Shown: positions 10,166 to 20,651 of the stretch, in pieces | Position numbering within the stretch: position 1 is the first letter of the stretch | How the letters are laid out: every line of letters begins with the position of its first letter | Assembly (NCBI GenBank): GCA_034181285.1 | Contig: JAXFND010000002.1 | Coordinates: forward strand, 104,379 to 168,378 | From: Porphyromonas sp. | GTDB lineage: Bacteria; Bacteroidota; Bacteroidia; Bacteroidales; Porphyromonadaceae | Direction of reading: 5' to 3' | Length of the DNA: 64,000 nucleotides | Notes under the pieces: generated by a model | What the model was told of the DNA's origin: nothing | Databases searched by the model: none | The model's input: the letters and a program-made list of their open reading frames with translations, nothing else | Program-made: the position numbers and the translations under genes

Positions 10166-11854
10166 CTATTTCCGAGGCTTGAGAGTCACCTTGTTCCAGG
10201 TATCAGCATCCCTTGTTTGCTTATAACGAGTGGAAATAGCAGGGAAGAAAATAAAGCCTGTACGACGCTCCAATTCCTCTACTGTAACCGAAAAGTCTCT
10301 GAAATTTCGTCCTTTGAGGTCTCTGTGAGGCAGGCAGAATGCTATTGTACGGTACTCGCCGTTGGGCAAGCGTCGTGCCAACGCCTTGTAGTAATAGACC
10401 GGCAAAGTCAATTGACTGTGATAATGGTCAGTTACGGATGTATGCAAATAGTCATCGGCCATACCGGCATAGGGCTTGGGCATGGCCCCTGTCACAACAT
10501 AGAGAGTATCGTACCCAACAGGATCATTGGCCATCTTCTTCATTTCGTTACGCACATACTCCTCCAAGTATTTCCAGATGTTTTGATTGAACTCTTTGCC
10601 TTTCTGTGGGGTGGAATTAGCTGAAGTGAATGTAGAGTGGTTGAATGCAGCCGAGCTTGTTCGGTCTGCAGATGGCACCTGATGGCCACGGTCAAATGTT
10701 CCCGTGGGGTAATAAGCTGGGGCCTTGGATATCTCAGCTTGTATCTCTTGTGGCAGGGCATGATCCTTGTGCCACTTGTTTTCGCGCTTGAAATTCCCTA
10801 CATAATAATTGTGCAAGGGATAAGCAACCCAGAGGGCCATCTTATTGGCGTTGTCATACAGGTAGGTATAGTTGCGTACATCGGGTTTCTCTTGACTATC
10901 ATCAGCGTCACTTATTGGCTCGTTGTGGAAGACAAGGGTATAACCGGCCTCTTTAGTAAGTTTGGGGATCTCCAAGTAAGGATGATGGAGCATAGGAGTT
11001 TCCGGATCCGGTGTGGGTTGCAATTTGAATGTATGGACATACTTCTTGCCGGCCTGGATCATCCCCAGATCAAGCTCCTGCATGTATGACTTATCGCCCA
11101 ATGCTATTTGGCAGCTGAGTTTCATGGGCTTTTCCGATGGGAGGAGGTAAGCAGATAGAAGACGCGTAGCTCCTTCTCCCTCCACATGCATCCTAACAGA
11201 AGTAAGTTCGGCCCTATCTGTCCAAGATTTATCGAATAGATTAAAGGTAGCTTTGGTTCCCACTTTGCCAATTGTTGCCTCCGGTTTGGCTGCTTGCTGC
11301 AAAGCCGGGATATTTATCAACTGAATCTCAATCAGAGCCAATTCGCGAGTGAAAGTAAGGTTATAGTTGCCATACTTCGATATATCGCTCAGGTTATTGG
11401 CTACCAAAAAGTCGTATTCAGCATGGCCTGTCTGATCCTCCAAATCAATTGCCACTTGTCCGTTGGCACTAGCATCTGCCCGATAGGGATAGTAGGCGAT
11501 GAGGCTGACCGTTTTCGATTTGGGGATTTGCAATTTATCCTCCATGCCCATTGCTAGAAAATGTGCACTGGTACCGATTCGCGTATTGTTGAATCGAGCA
11601 TTGGCCTTAATCACATTACGCTCTTTCGCCTCCAGCATGTAGATCCCGACAGATTCTTTGCCCTGCCATTCGCTTCCCAACCGCTCAAGAGTCTCTTCCC
11701 CATCCGAATTGAACTCGCGAGACTTTGCCGTGAAGCTAAACTCCTTATGATGGCTGTTGGTCGGAACCGTGGTTCCTGTGCTTCCGCAGGACAGCAAAGA
11801 GAACGAGGCCAAAAGCAAGCAGATGGCTTTCAAATTGAAAAAATACTGTTTCAT
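10166..11854 (-). CDS. Lipoprotein with fimbrillin-like N-domain fused to a DNA/RNA non-specific endonuclease domain
   Basis: Signal LLSC. C-terminal FDRGHQVPSADR (DRGH beta-beta-alpha-Me nuclease motif). Confidence 0.7.
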   Translation of the reverse strand: MKQYFFNLKAICLLLASFSLLSCGSTGTTVPTNSHHKEFSFTAKSREFNSDGEETLERLGSEWQGKESVGIYMLEAKERNVIKANARFNNTRIGTSAHFLAMGMEDKLQIPKSKTVSLIAYYPYRADASANGQVAIDLEDQTGHAEYDFLVANNLSDISKYGNYNLTFTRELALIEIQLINIPALQQAAKPEATIGKVGTKATFNLFDKSWTDRAELTSVRMHVEGEGATRLLSAYLLPSEKPMKLSCQIALGDKSYMQELDLGMIQAGKKYVHTFKLQPTPDPETPMLHHPYLEIPKLTKEAGYTLVFHNEPISDADDSQEKPDVRNYTYLYDNANKMALWVAYPLHNYYVGNFKRENKWHKDHALPQEIQAEISKAPAYYPTGTFDRGHQVPSADRTSSAAFNHSTFTSANSTPQKGKEFNQNIWKYLEEYVRNEMKKMANDPVGYDTLYVVTGAMPKPYAGMADDYLHTSVTDHYHSQLTLPVYYYKALARRLPNGEYRTIAFCLPHRDLKGRNFRDFSVTVEELERRTGFIFFPAISTRYKQTRDADTWNKVTLKPRK

Positions 11855-12039
11855 TACTTTTTGATTAAATAGACTGCCGATATACTCCCGAATGGCGTAA
11901 CAACCAACCTACCGACGAATACACAGCAAAACACAACACATCCGTGAATAAGCTATAACTCAAACAGATCGGCCGAATTCTCCTCATAATAAAGTTCATC
12001 GACCCCTCTACAAAGGTAACCCTTTCTTGGTACCAGCCA

Positions 12040-12290
12040 AACACGTACGAACGTGGGACTCAGACACTGAAATACGTCAGTCACAAATGGCTATCGTGCA
12101 CCATCTGGATAGCATACAAGATAGAATGGGATCACCCCTATCGACACCTATTAAAGCCTATGAATTGTGGCAGTCAATTTTCCACACGTAAAAAGTTTTG
12201 CTGCGACACGTCGCAATTTTCTCTCTAACGCGTCACAACAAAATTTCTCACGGGAAATAGTTTGGGGCATCACGTAAGGCTCGTTTCATT
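12040..12290 (+). repeat. Intergenic 20-24-nt periodic ACGT-core minisatellite (locus A)
   Basis: Head-to-tail units, e.g. TCCACACGTAAAAAGTTTTGC | TGCGACACGTCGCAATTTTCTC | TCTAACGCGTCACAACAAAATTT | CTCACGGGAAATAGTTTGGGG. Confidence 0.5.
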
Positions 12291-12497
12291 GAAGCGAGAA
12301 ACGATTCTGCCACCCTTCCGAATGGACTTCAGACCCAATGGATACAGATGCTTTGGAGACAGAAAAAAAGCAAAGACTGTTCTCCCGTAGAGATACAAGA
12401 GATGTTGGTGATAATCCGATCCAGATCGGCCAACTAAAAAGTACAAACAAAGGAGAAATATGTGCCTTAGACCTCTTGCTCAATCAAAAAATATATC

Positions 12498-12505
12498 TAC
12501 CTTTG
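12498..12505 (+). promoter_or_regulatory. -7 promoter box (TACCTTTG) for tRNA-Pro
   Basis: Exact TAnnTTTG ending 10 nt before the tRNA 5' end. Confidence 0.6.
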
Positions 12506-12515
12506 CGTCCGTATT

Positions 12516-12590
12516 CGGGGTGTAGCTCAGCCCGGTTAGAGTACACGTCTGGGGGGCGTGTGGTCGAAGGTTCGAATCCTTTCACCCCGA
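12516..12590 (+). tRNA. tRNA-Pro (anticodon GGG)
   Basis: Hand-folded cloverleaf with acceptor CGGGGTG/CACCCCG, anticodon stem CACGT/GCGTG and loop CTGGGGG, T-arm GAAGG TTCGAAT CCTTT. No encoded CCA. Confidence 0.9.
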
Positions 12591-12750
12591 CTGAATACAA
12601 GGTGTTGATCATAGGTGGGTTGCCACTGGGTCGGCACCTTTTTCTTTTACTCAATTTGGATCTATCTCGGTTGAGGAATGATACATCCTTTTCCTATCCT
12701 TATGTTGAGGCTGCGGGGCGGATCTCCAAATGAGAGATAGCAGTAAACGA

Positions 12751-12788
12751 CAAAGGCCTCGCGGTGAATAGTTCTCGCGAGGCCTTTG
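12751..12788. terminator. Hairpin between tRNA-Pro and the convergent asnS
   Basis: 13-bp perfect stem CAAAGGCCTCGCG/CGCGAGGCCTTTG with a 12-nt loop. Weak T tracts. Confidence 0.4.
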
Positions 12789-12813
12789 CTGGTACAAAAG
12801 GATCTATGCTTTC

Positions 12814-14214
12814 TTAAAATTCAGCACTTTTAGGTGTACGAGGGAATGGAATAACGTCTCGAATATTGGCCATCCCACTCACAAAGAGCAGGAGGCGCTC
12901 AAATCCTAAGCCAAATCCTGAGTGAGGGCAAGTACCGAATCTGCGCGAATCGAGGTACCACCAGATATCTTTTTCCGGCACGTTCATTTCTTGAGCTCGC
13001 CTCGTGAGCTTCTCAAGATCTGCCTCACGCTCACTTCCTCCGATAATCTCACCTATCTTTGGGAATAGGATATCCATCCCTCTTACAGTTTTATTGTCAT
13101 CGTTCAGCTTCATGTAAAACGACTTAATCTCCTTAGGATAGTCCGTCAAAATGACCGGAGTTTTGAAGTGTTGTTCCACGAGATAACGCTCATGCTCACT
13201 GGCTAAGTCGGCTCCCCAATAGATTGGGAACTCAAACTTATGGCCATCGGATACAGCCTTCTCCAAGATCGCCACACCCTCCGTGTACGTCAGGCGAATA
13301 AAGGGCTTTTCAAGGACAAAGTGCAGACGCTCTACGAGCTCTTTATCGAAGTGCTCGGATAGGAACTTAATGTCGTCCATACAGTGGTCCAGAGCCCACT
13401 GAACACAGAACTTTATGAATTCCTCTGCCAAGTCCATGTTGTCCTCAATCTCATTGAATGCAACCTCCGGTTCACACATCCAAAACTCGGCAAGGTGTCT
13501 CGGCGTATTGGAATTTTCGGCTCGGAAAGTGGGACCAAAGGTATAGACTCCGCCGAGGGCTAAGGCTGCCATCTCGGCCTCCAGCTGCCCTGATACAGTG
13601 AGTGATGTCTGTCGGCCAAAGAAATCTTTGCCGTAATCGACTTTTCCCTCCTCCGTCTTGGGGACATTTTCAAGATCCAAAGTCGATACCTGAAACATTT
13701 GCCCAGCCCCCTCACAGTCACTGCCCGTGATAAGAGGTGCATTGAAATAGAAAAATCCCTTCTGGTGGAAGAATGTATGGATAGCGTAGGCCATGTGATG
13801 TCTCAGCCTGTAAACAGCACCGAATGTATTGGTTCTGGGACGCAAATGCGCAATCTCTCGCAAAAACTCCAGCGAATGCCCTTTCTTCTGTAAGGGATAA
13901 GTATTGGGATCGGCAGTCCCATACACTTCGATGTCTGTCGCTTGTAGCTCTACGCTTTGTCCTTGTCCTTGGGAGGCAACCAGTTTACCGGCAGCCCGTA
14001 TACAAGCACCAGTGGTGATCAATCCCATCAGCTCTGCAGCAAAAGCAGACAGATCCACTACGATCTGTAGGTTGTATATAGTAGACCCGTCATTAAGAGC
14101 CAAGAATGCTACATTCTTGTTACCTCGTTTGGTTCGGACCCACCCTTTTACCGTGATCTCCTGATCTATCAAAACTCCATCGAGGAGCTCTCTGACCATC
14201 CTTCTTTTTGACAT
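12814..14214 (-). CDS. asnS: Asparagine--tRNA ligase
   Basis: 466 aa class IIb synthetase with N-terminal OB fold, [21 protein letters not shown], and C-terminal [10 protein letters not shown]...PFPR. Confidence 0.9.
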   Translation of the reverse strand: MSKRRMVRELLDGVLIDQEITVKGWVRTKRGNKNVAFLALNDGSTIYNLQIVVDLSAFAAELMGLITTGACIRAAGKLVASQGQGQSVELQATDIEVYGTADPNTYPLQKKGHSLEFLREIAHLRPRTNTFGAVYRLRHHMAYAIHTFFHQKGFFYFNAPLITGSDCEGAGQMFQVSTLDLENVPKTEEGKVDYGKDFFGRQTSLTVSGQLEAEMAALALGGVYTFGPTFRAENSNTPRHLAEFWMCEPEVAFNEIEDNMDLAEEFIKFCVQWALDHCMDDIKFLSEHFDKELVERLHFVLEKPFIRLTYTEGVAILEKAVSDGHKFEFPIYWGADLASEHERYLVEQHFKTPVILTDYPKEIKSFYMKLNDDNKTVRGMDILFPKIGEIIGGSEREADLEKLTRRAQEMNVPEKDIWWYLDSRRFGTCPHSGFGLGFERLLLFVSGMANIRDVIPFPRTPKSAEF

Positions 14215-14240
14215 TGCACATATATTTTGAGGAGGTTTGC

Positions 14241-15659
14241 TTATTCAAAGCTACCCATCCTAAGATTGTTTACTTCTTGTTCGTTGAGGTAGCGCCATTT
14301 ACCCCGCGGCAAGTTTCTTTTGGTCAAGCCGGCGAAATAGACACGATCCAACTTCACCACATGGTAACCCAAGTGCTCGAATATTCGCCTAACAACACGA
14401 TTGCGACCGGAGTGAATCTCAATGCCAACCTGCGACTGATCCTCAGCCTTTATATAGCTGATGGCATCGGCGTGTATCTCTCCATCTTCCAACTCTATAC
14501 CCTCAGCTATACGTTGCATGTCCTCTATTGCAACGTCTTTGTCGAGCCATACCTGGTATATCTTCTTCTTTTTGAACTTGGGATGCGTGAGCTTAGCCGC
14601 CATATCGCCATCATTGGTAATGAGGATGACGCCGGTAGTATTACGGTCTAGCCTTCCGACAGGATAAATGCGCTCTGGGCAAGCCCTCCGCACCAAGTCC
14701 ATCACAGTGAGCCTGCACTGTGGATCGTCAGAGGTTGTGACACAGTTTTTCGGCTTATTTAGCAACACGTAAACCTTGCTTTCGATGGAAACAGGCTTTC
14801 CCTGAAATAACACCTCATCCTGGCGAGTAATGCGCGTGCCAAGCTCTGTCGTCACCCGCCCATTTACTTCGATCAATCCCTTTTGGATCAATTCGTCAGC
14901 CTCTCTACGCGAACATATTCCGGCATTGGCAAGAAACTTATTCAACCGAATAGGTTCATTCGGATCAACCAGCGCTTCCTCATACTTTACTGGTACGACC
15001 TTAGCGGAGGGACGTTTTGATGTGGTCTTCTTCTTTGAATTGTTGTTCTTGTTGAACTGATTATTGGGTTGTCTCTGCTTTGGGTACGGACGCTGTTGCC
15101 AATACATTCCCTTCTCTTGACCAGGCTCTGCCTGTTGCTCACTGGCAGAAAAAACATTCTGCCTCTGCATAGGCCGATGCGGGTATTGAGGGCGATTGGA
15201 AGCCTGACGATGATCGTCATTAACTCGTTGGAACCGGTGATAACCGGTATTCTGCGACCTCTCCGGATAGGAGGCGAAAGTTTCTTGATCGAAGTTCGGT
15301 CCTCTCCTACCCTCTTCCAGAGATACACTCCTTGGTCTCTCGGTGAAACCATTACGAGGCTCCATCCCTCTTTTATCGAATTGTGAATTTCGAGGTGCTG
15401 GCTCAAAAAGCCTATCGGGAACCCGATCGCTTGCCCTGCCTACATGAAGCGTACGAGGCTTTTTGTTCATCGTATAGGGGACACGCTCCGCACTGGGGGC
15501 AGAAGAGCCTGAGCCTACACTTTCGCCAATACGCACCCGCCTACGACGAAGTTGCGTTCCTCCTGTTCTCAAGGACTGATCGGCCTGTAGTCTTTCATCG
15601 CTCCGTCTTTTCTCATCACGAGATAACGTGACATCACTTGAACTTAATTGTTCTTCCAT
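14241..15659 (-). CDS. RluB/RsuA-family pseudouridine synthase with a long basic low-complexity N-terminal extension
   Basis: S4 domain ([21 protein letters not shown]) and catalytic motif [17 protein letters not shown]. The first ~230 aa are R/Q/P/N/S-rich. Confidence 0.8.
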   Translation of the reverse strand: MEEQLSSSDVTLSRDEKRRSDERLQADQSLRTGGTQLRRRRVRIGESVGSGSSAPSAERVPYTMNKKPRTLHVGRASDRVPDRLFEPAPRNSQFDKRGMEPRNGFTERPRSVSLEEGRRGPNFDQETFASYPERSQNTGYHRFQRVNDDHRQASNRPQYPHRPMQRQNVFSASEQQAEPGQEKGMYWQQRPYPKQRQPNNQFNKNNNSKKKTTSKRPSAKVVPVKYEEALVDPNEPIRLNKFLANAGICSRREADELIQKGLIEVNGRVTTELGTRITRQDEVLFQGKPVSIESKVYVLLNKPKNCVTTSDDPQCRLTVMDLVRRACPERIYPVGRLDRNTTGVILITNDGDMAAKLTHPKFKKKKIYQVWLDKDVAIEDMQRIAEGIELEDGEIHADAISYIKAEDQSQVGIEIHSGRNRVVRRIFEHLGYHVVKLDRVYFAGLTKRNLPRGKWRYLNEQEVNNLRMGSFE

Positions 15660-15754
15660 TTTGTTTGATGGGTTTATCTGTTACAGCCTCACGGCTGGTA
15701 AGGACTTTTGTCCGAAACTATTGTTACTTAGTGGTTTGTTCTGTACTACTTTGT

Positions 15755-17098
15755 CTAATACACTCCAACGTAGGTGAATGGGGTGATTGCTCTCAGTTCC
15801 TCTTTCAGTGCATCAGAAATGTCCAAACAGTCTATAAATGAGGCTATAGCAGCCGGAGTGACGGCCTCACCTGTACGAGTCAAGGCCTTAAGTGTTTCGT
15901 AAGGGTTAGGATACCCCTCGCGGCGAAGGATCGTCTGGATTGCTTCTGCCACAACGGCGTAGTTACGCTCCAAATCGGCATCAATAGCTGGTCTATTAAG
16001 GAGAAGCTTGTCCAGTCCCCTGCTCAAGCTTTTGAGGGCGATAAGCCCGTAGGCAAGAGGCATGCCAATGTTGCGGATTACCGTAGAGTCTGTGAGATCT
16101 CTCTGGAGACGAGATATCGGCAACTTACGGGCAAGGTGAGACAATAGAGCATCGGCCATCCCCAAATTACCCTCAGCGTTTTCAAAGTCTATGGGATTCA
16201 CCTTATGAGGCATAGCCGAAGAGCCCACCTCCCCTTCTTTGATCCGCTGTTTGAAGTAGTCCATAGAGATATACATCCAAATATCGCGACTTAGGTCGAT
16301 TAGGATGGTATTGAGACGAGCCAAACCATCGAAAATAGCAGCCAAATGGTCATAGTTCGATATCTGGGTAGTGTAGGCCTCTCGCTGCAAGCCTATGTGC
16401 TGCAAGAAATCGTTTGCAAAAGGCTCCCACTGGTGTTGTGGATAGGCTATATGATGTGCATTGAAATTACCTGTAGCCCCTCCGAACTTTCCCGAGTAAG
16501 GGATCTGTCGCAATAAGTCAAGTTGCTGATCCAAACGGTAGACATAAACCTGAAACTCTTTCCCCAGCTTGGTCGGTGACGCCGGTTGTCCATGAGTTTT
16601 GGCTAGCATAGGAATATCCATCCATTCCGAAGCCAAATGCTGGAGCGCATTACGGATTTGCTCAATTGCCGGCACATAGACCTCTGTCATTGCCTCCTTG
16701 AGCATCAGAGGGAACGCCGTGTTGTTGACATCTTGGGAAGTCAATCCAAAATGGATAAACTCCTTTGCCGCACTCCATCCCCTTTTGTCAAACTGCTCCT
16801 TGATGTAGTACTCCACGGCCTTTACATCATGGTTGGTTGTCGCCTCGATCGTCTTTATTCGCTGAGCATCAGGCAACGAGAAGTCTGTGTAGATGGCTCT
16901 GAGTTGCTGTTCAGAGCTACCTCGGAGGGCATCTCTTACTGCAGGAAGCTCCTTGCTGAGGGCTATCAAATACTCAATCTCCACCAATATTCGATACCGA
17001 ATAAGGGCATATTCCGAGAAGAAAGCACTCAGCTCCTGTGTCTTGGAGCGGTAACGGCCATCTACGGGAGAAAGGGCACTAAGTTCTTCAAATTGCAT
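15755..17098 (-). CDS. purB: Adenylosuccinate lyase
   Basis: 447 aa fumarase/lyase-family pattern, SSAMPHKVNP signature. Confidence 0.9.
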   Translation of the reverse strand: MQFEELSALSPVDGRYRSKTQELSAFFSEYALIRYRILVEIEYLIALSKELPAVRDALRGSSEQQLRAIYTDFSLPDAQRIKTIEATTNHDVKAVEYYIKEQFDKRGWSAAKEFIHFGLTSQDVNNTAFPLMLKEAMTEVYVPAIEQIRNALQHLASEWMDIPMLAKTHGQPASPTKLGKEFQVYVYRLDQQLDLLRQIPYSGKFGGATGNFNAHHIAYPQHQWEPFANDFLQHIGLQREAYTTQISNYDHLAAIFDGLARLNTILIDLSRDIWMYISMDYFKQRIKEGEVGSSAMPHKVNPIDFENAEGNLGMADALLSHLARKLPISRLQRDLTDSTVIRNIGMPLAYGLIALKSLSRGLDKLLLNRPAIDADLERNYAVVAEAIQTILRREGYPNPYETLKALTRTGEAVTPAAIASFIDCLDISDALKEELRAITPFTYVGVY

Positions 17099-17121
17099 AG
17101 GTGATCCATATTTTACGCATG

Positions 17122-17129
17122 CAAAGTTA
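17122..17129 (-). promoter_or_regulatory. -7 promoter box (TAACTTTG on minus strand) for purB
   Basis: Exact TAnnTTTG about 24 nt upstream of the purB ATG. Confidence 0.5.
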
Positions 17130-17307
17130 GTAATATCATACCGATTCTTCCTTTGTCACTGTCTGAAAGCTGTCGAATATTAACACCCCCTCTCACCGTC
17201 TGCGCTCAGATCGATCTATTTTACTTTTCCAATGGCATTCGTAGGCAAGGCTCAGTCTTTTATGCCTCTACAGGAATGAAGAATATGCACATAACGAAAA
17301 GTATTGC

Positions 17308-17315
17308 TATCTTTG
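17308..17315 (+). promoter_or_regulatory. Orphan -7 promoter box (TATCTTTG) with no downstream ORF
   Basis: Exact TAnnTTTG. The next credible CDS is more than 800 nt away. Confidence 0.4.
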
Positions 17316-17321
17316 TCGTAG

Positions 17322-17560
17322 ACCAAAGGAAGAAGGGCCGCAGGTCTCGATATTGCGAAACTCAACATATAACACAATTCCGAGACTTAGCTCCGTGGTT
17401 AATGGCGGGCCGCACCGCTTTCGGGTGGAGGTTGTTTATCAGCTCAGCGGATTACAAAGGCTTTCGGGGCGCTCAAAACCTGTCTTTAGGAGTTTAGATT
17501 ATCCGGTCTGCGGCTTACCTATAGCGAGGGTTGGTACTCAGAGGAGTACTAACCCTCTTT
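17322..17560 (+). ncRNA. Candidate ~240-nt structured small RNA (family unknown)
   Basis: Bounded by the TAnnTTTG box and a 14-bp terminator hairpin. Long-range pairing between GGGCCGCAG (about 17333-17341) and CTGCGGCTT (about 17507-17515). No credible ORF. Confidence 0.3.
17526..17560 (+). terminator. Terminator-like hairpin
   Basis: GAGGGTTGGTACTC / GAGTACTAACCCTC 14-bp stem (one G-U pair), AGAG loop, then TTT. Confidence 0.5.
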
Positions 17561-17768
17561 CGTATAGAACAAGGTCACATCGATAATCTCCCGATAAAGG
17601 CCTCACTCAAATAAGTTTTTCATGGATCTACTCGTCTGTCTTATCTCTTAGCACTTTACCCCACAATGTAAGTGCATAAATGGGTAACAGAGGGAGATAA
17701 GATCTTTTTTGCAGTTTGACAACAAGGATGCATAAGGAGTACACTACCCTTTGCTGTCAAGCAAATTA

Positions 17769-17935
17769 CTCCGACTTGTGGCACTCAGAATGATGTCACG
17801 GGAGAGAGCAAAAACTCCGACGGGTCGTAGCAAAAATTATCACGTGTCGCAGATTTCTTTTCCACGCGCTCGAAAAAAGGGTTGGCGAATGAGGCAGTTC
17901 CCTCTAACTTCCGATGCAGATTTTACACCTTGTGC
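17769..17935 (+). repeat. Intergenic periodic ACGT-core minisatellite (locus B)
   Basis: Units e.g. CTCCGACGGGTCGTAGCAAAAATTA | TCACGTGTCGCAGATTTCTTTT | CCACGCGCTCGAAAAAAGGGTT. Confidence 0.5.
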
Positions 17936-18146
17936 ATTCGGTAGAGATGGAATTAAGCGCAAAAAACACATACATTTGCGCCCGAATCAGATTATTCAGA
18001 CAGTTGATTGATAGCAAAGCACAATTCTTCTTCCCTCTATATCTGGAGGCGTTGTTTAGACGATGGATGAAGGATTTTCGTCTCGTGCTTAGAAATAGAG
18101 AATTAGCTCAAAAGAGGCGAGAGAGCAGAATAGACGAAAACAACGT

Positions 18147-18608
18147 ATGAAAAGATTAAGTTCCCTACTGGTAACACTCGTGGCATTTTCTATCCTTGTG
18201 TCAAGTTGTGCAACCATTTTCACAGGCACAAGAGACCACATCTCTTTTGAATCCACCCCTTCCGGTGCGACCGTGTACTTAGATGGTGTAGAACTTTGCA
18301 AGACTCCCTGCTCACAGGAGATAAAAAGAAGCCTATCGAAGAAATCAGTTGAGTTCAGATTGGATGGCTATAAAACGAGGTTTATTGTGTTGGATAGGGA
18401 GTTTAATCTGGTTTCTGTTCTGAACCTTACATCTCCTTTTGGATGGGCGATCGATATGCTTACAGGGTCGATATACAATTATGACAGAAAGCATTATGAC
18501 ATTCAAATGGAAGAGAAGATAGAAAAAGGCCTTTCTAAGACAAAAGAGATCCGCATAGACACGGAGAAGAAAGAAGTTGAAATCGTATCTATAGCCCAAA
18601 GTAAATGA
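18147..18608 (+). CDS. PEGA-domain lipoprotein
   Basis: Lipoprotein signal (LVSSC) and PEGA-like FESTPSGATVYLDGVELCKTPC. Confidence 0.55.
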   Translation: MKRLSSLLVTLVAFSILVSSCATIFTGTRDHISFESTPSGATVYLDGVELCKTPCSQEIKRSLSKKSVEFRLDGYKTRFIVLDREFNLVSVLNLTSPFGWAIDMLTGSIYNYDRKHYDIQMEEKIEKGLSKTKEIRIDTEKKEVEIVSIAQSK

Positions 18609-18727
18609 TTTGACTTTGCAGATGTGCCGTAAAAGCCTCCATCACACTACTGCCAATCGGATGCAGGTGGTTTACTGATGCTTGAGAATTGAGTTTCTCT
18701 TTGTAAGGGGGCCGGGTTGGCAAGAAA

Positions 18728-18767
18728 ACACAGAAGGGTGATCTCTCATGAGATCACCCTTCTGTGT
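18728..18767. terminator. Bidirectional terminator hairpin between convergent genes
   Basis: 18-bp perfect stem ACACAGAAGGGTGATCTC/GAGATCACCCTTCTGTGT with a 4-nt loop. Confidence 0.7.
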
Positions 18768-18868
18768 TTAAGTACTGATATTTCCTTATTCAGGGTGGTA
18801 AAAGAAAACAGCAAGTAAGGCTCTGCGAAAATTTTAACCAGCTCACAGGTTCAACTCATCTGCAACAA

Positions 18869-20368
18869 TCATTTCATCGGATAGTCACTCCAATCGGTAA
18901 GGCGCATATCTCCCTTCTCAACCAAAGCTCGATGGAAAGCGAAGCAGGCCGTAAGGTCTTGTGGTGTCTGTCCGGCTACACCTCGATTCAAGTACTCATT
19001 TAACAGAGGTCGGTAATCCGGGTGCACACAATTGTCTATGATGGTACGGGCTCGCTCAATCGGAGATTTGCCTCGCAAGTCCGCGATCCCAAATTCACTG
19101 ATGATGATCTTAACAGAGTGTTCGCTATGATCAAGGTGGGATACCATGGGGACAAAGGCCGAAATTTTACCTTCTTTAGCTGTGGATGGAGTAGTAAAAA
19201 TGGAGATATATCCATTGCGAGTGAAATCCCCCGAACCTCCAATTCCATTCATCATCTTTGTGCCGGTCACATGCGTAGAGTTGATATTGCCAAAGATGTC
19301 TGCTTCCAGAGCTGTATTGATGGTGATGACCCCCAATCGACGCACGATCTCGGGATTGTTGGAGTATTCCTGAGGGCGAAGTAACAGCTTGTCTTTGAAG
19401 AAATCAAGATGATGGTAGATATCCAAAATCACCTCTCGGCTGACAGACAGCGAGCAGCCACTGGCGAACTTTACACGCCCTTTCTTCATCAGTCCGATTA
19501 CAGCGTCTTGGATGACTTCGGTGTAGACCTCAAATGTTGGGATTTGCTCGTTGTCTCCCAAAGCTCCCAGTACAGCGTTAGCCACATTACCCACGCCACT
19601 TTGCAGAGGCAGGAAGTCAGCCGGCATTCGACCAGCTTTCATCTCTTCGACGAGAAACTTCGCTACGTTGTTGCCTATAGATAGAGTCACTTCGTCAAGT
19701 GGAGCAAAGCCACTGTCATCATTGGGTTCACTGGTACGTACCACCCCGACAATCTTGGCAGGATCTACCTGCACGTATGGCTTGCCAACCCTATCGGAAG
19801 GCTTGTACACAGGCATATCCCTTCGATAGGGAGGGTCGAGAGGCTCGGCTATATCGTGCATTCCACAAATCTCTTTTGGGTGTCTGTCGTTGAGCTCTAC
19901 GATGATGCGGTCAGCCATGCGGCATATCGTTGGCAAGATGCCTACACCGGTGGTCGGCACGATCCGCCCATCCTCGGTGACATCCGCGGCTTCAACAATC
20001 GCCACATTCACCGGGCCAAAATATCCATAGCGTATTTCCTGAGCCAATTGTGACAGATGGAGGTCGAAGTAGCTCGTCTGTCGTTTGTTGATCAGGTTGC
20101 GCAGATCTTTGTTGGACTGGTAAGGCGTGCGAAACTTTACCGCCTCAGCTCGGGCCAGCTCTCCATCCAGACGGTCTCCCGTACTGGCTCCGGTAAACAT
20201 GCCGATCTTAAATTCTCTGCCAGCTTGGTGCTCTTTGCGTGCACGCTCGGCGATGGCGTGTGGGACAACTTTGGGGCATCCGGCCGGAGTAAAACCACTG
20301 AATCCTACATTGTCATTGTGCTGGACAAACGCAGCTGCCTCCTCGGCAGTGATAAATCTTAAAGCCAT
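18869..20368 (-). CDS. Acetyl-CoA hydrolase/transferase family protein (succinate/propionate CoA-transferase-like)
   Basis: 499 aa with family-typical segments GSGDFTRN, NSTHVTGTKMMNGIGGSGDF. Confidence 0.8.
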   Translation of the reverse strand: MALRFITAEEAAAFVQHNDNVGFSGFTPAGCPKVVPHAIAERARKEHQAGREFKIGMFTGASTGDRLDGELARAEAVKFRTPYQSNKDLRNLINKRQTSYFDLHLSQLAQEIRYGYFGPVNVAIVEAADVTEDGRIVPTTGVGILPTICRMADRIIVELNDRHPKEICGMHDIAEPLDPPYRRDMPVYKPSDRVGKPYVQVDPAKIVGVVRTSEPNDDSGFAPLDEVTLSIGNNVAKFLVEEMKAGRMPADFLPLQSGVGNVANAVLGALGDNEQIPTFEVYTEVIQDAVIGLMKKGRVKFASGCSLSVSREVILDIYHHLDFFKDKLLLRPQEYSNNPEIVRRLGVITINTALEADIFGNINSTHVTGTKMMNGIGGSGDFTRNGYISIFTTPSTAKEGKISAFVPMVSHLDHSEHSVKIIISEFGIADLRGKSPIERARTIIDNCVHPDYRPLLNEYLNRGVAGQTPQDLTACFAFHRALVEKGDMRLTDWSDYPMK

Positions 20369-20651
20369 AGCTACTATATTGAAATTTGGTGTGAGTGCCT
20401 ACGATTGTGTACTCGAGAAGGGCTATATCCCCTCCGGGATTCTATCCTTCAAGTCGCGATATCCATCAGTTTGTCGTATTTTTGAACACCCAAAAGTACA
20501 CAATTAAGTGCTACGCATAGCTTGGTGGAAGCTCAGGACAACAAAGTACTAGACCATTGTCGATATACTACAATATCAAGATGCTCTTTTGCCTCAAACG
20601 GATGAGTGAGACATGGCTTTGTGATAGGGATAAGCGAATGAAAAGCAAACG

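Noticed and set aside
12338-12733. 131-aa ORF spanning the tRNA-Pro gene
   Set aside because: It contains the tRNA sequence itself and the minisatellite flank. It is not coding.
17322-17560. Idea that the candidate sRNA is a tracrRNA or anti-repeat for the array
   Set aside because: I found no complement of the repeat (CTTTAAATTCTAGAGTAGTTCGATTGAGAC) there, and the repeat and cas4-cas1-cas2 type points to Cas6-processed systems.
17153-17586. Small ORFs (114 aa and 77 aa) in the purB-lipoprotein intergenic region
   Set aside because: They have no motifs and odd composition, and they overlap the candidate sRNA and its terminator. They are more likely non-coding.
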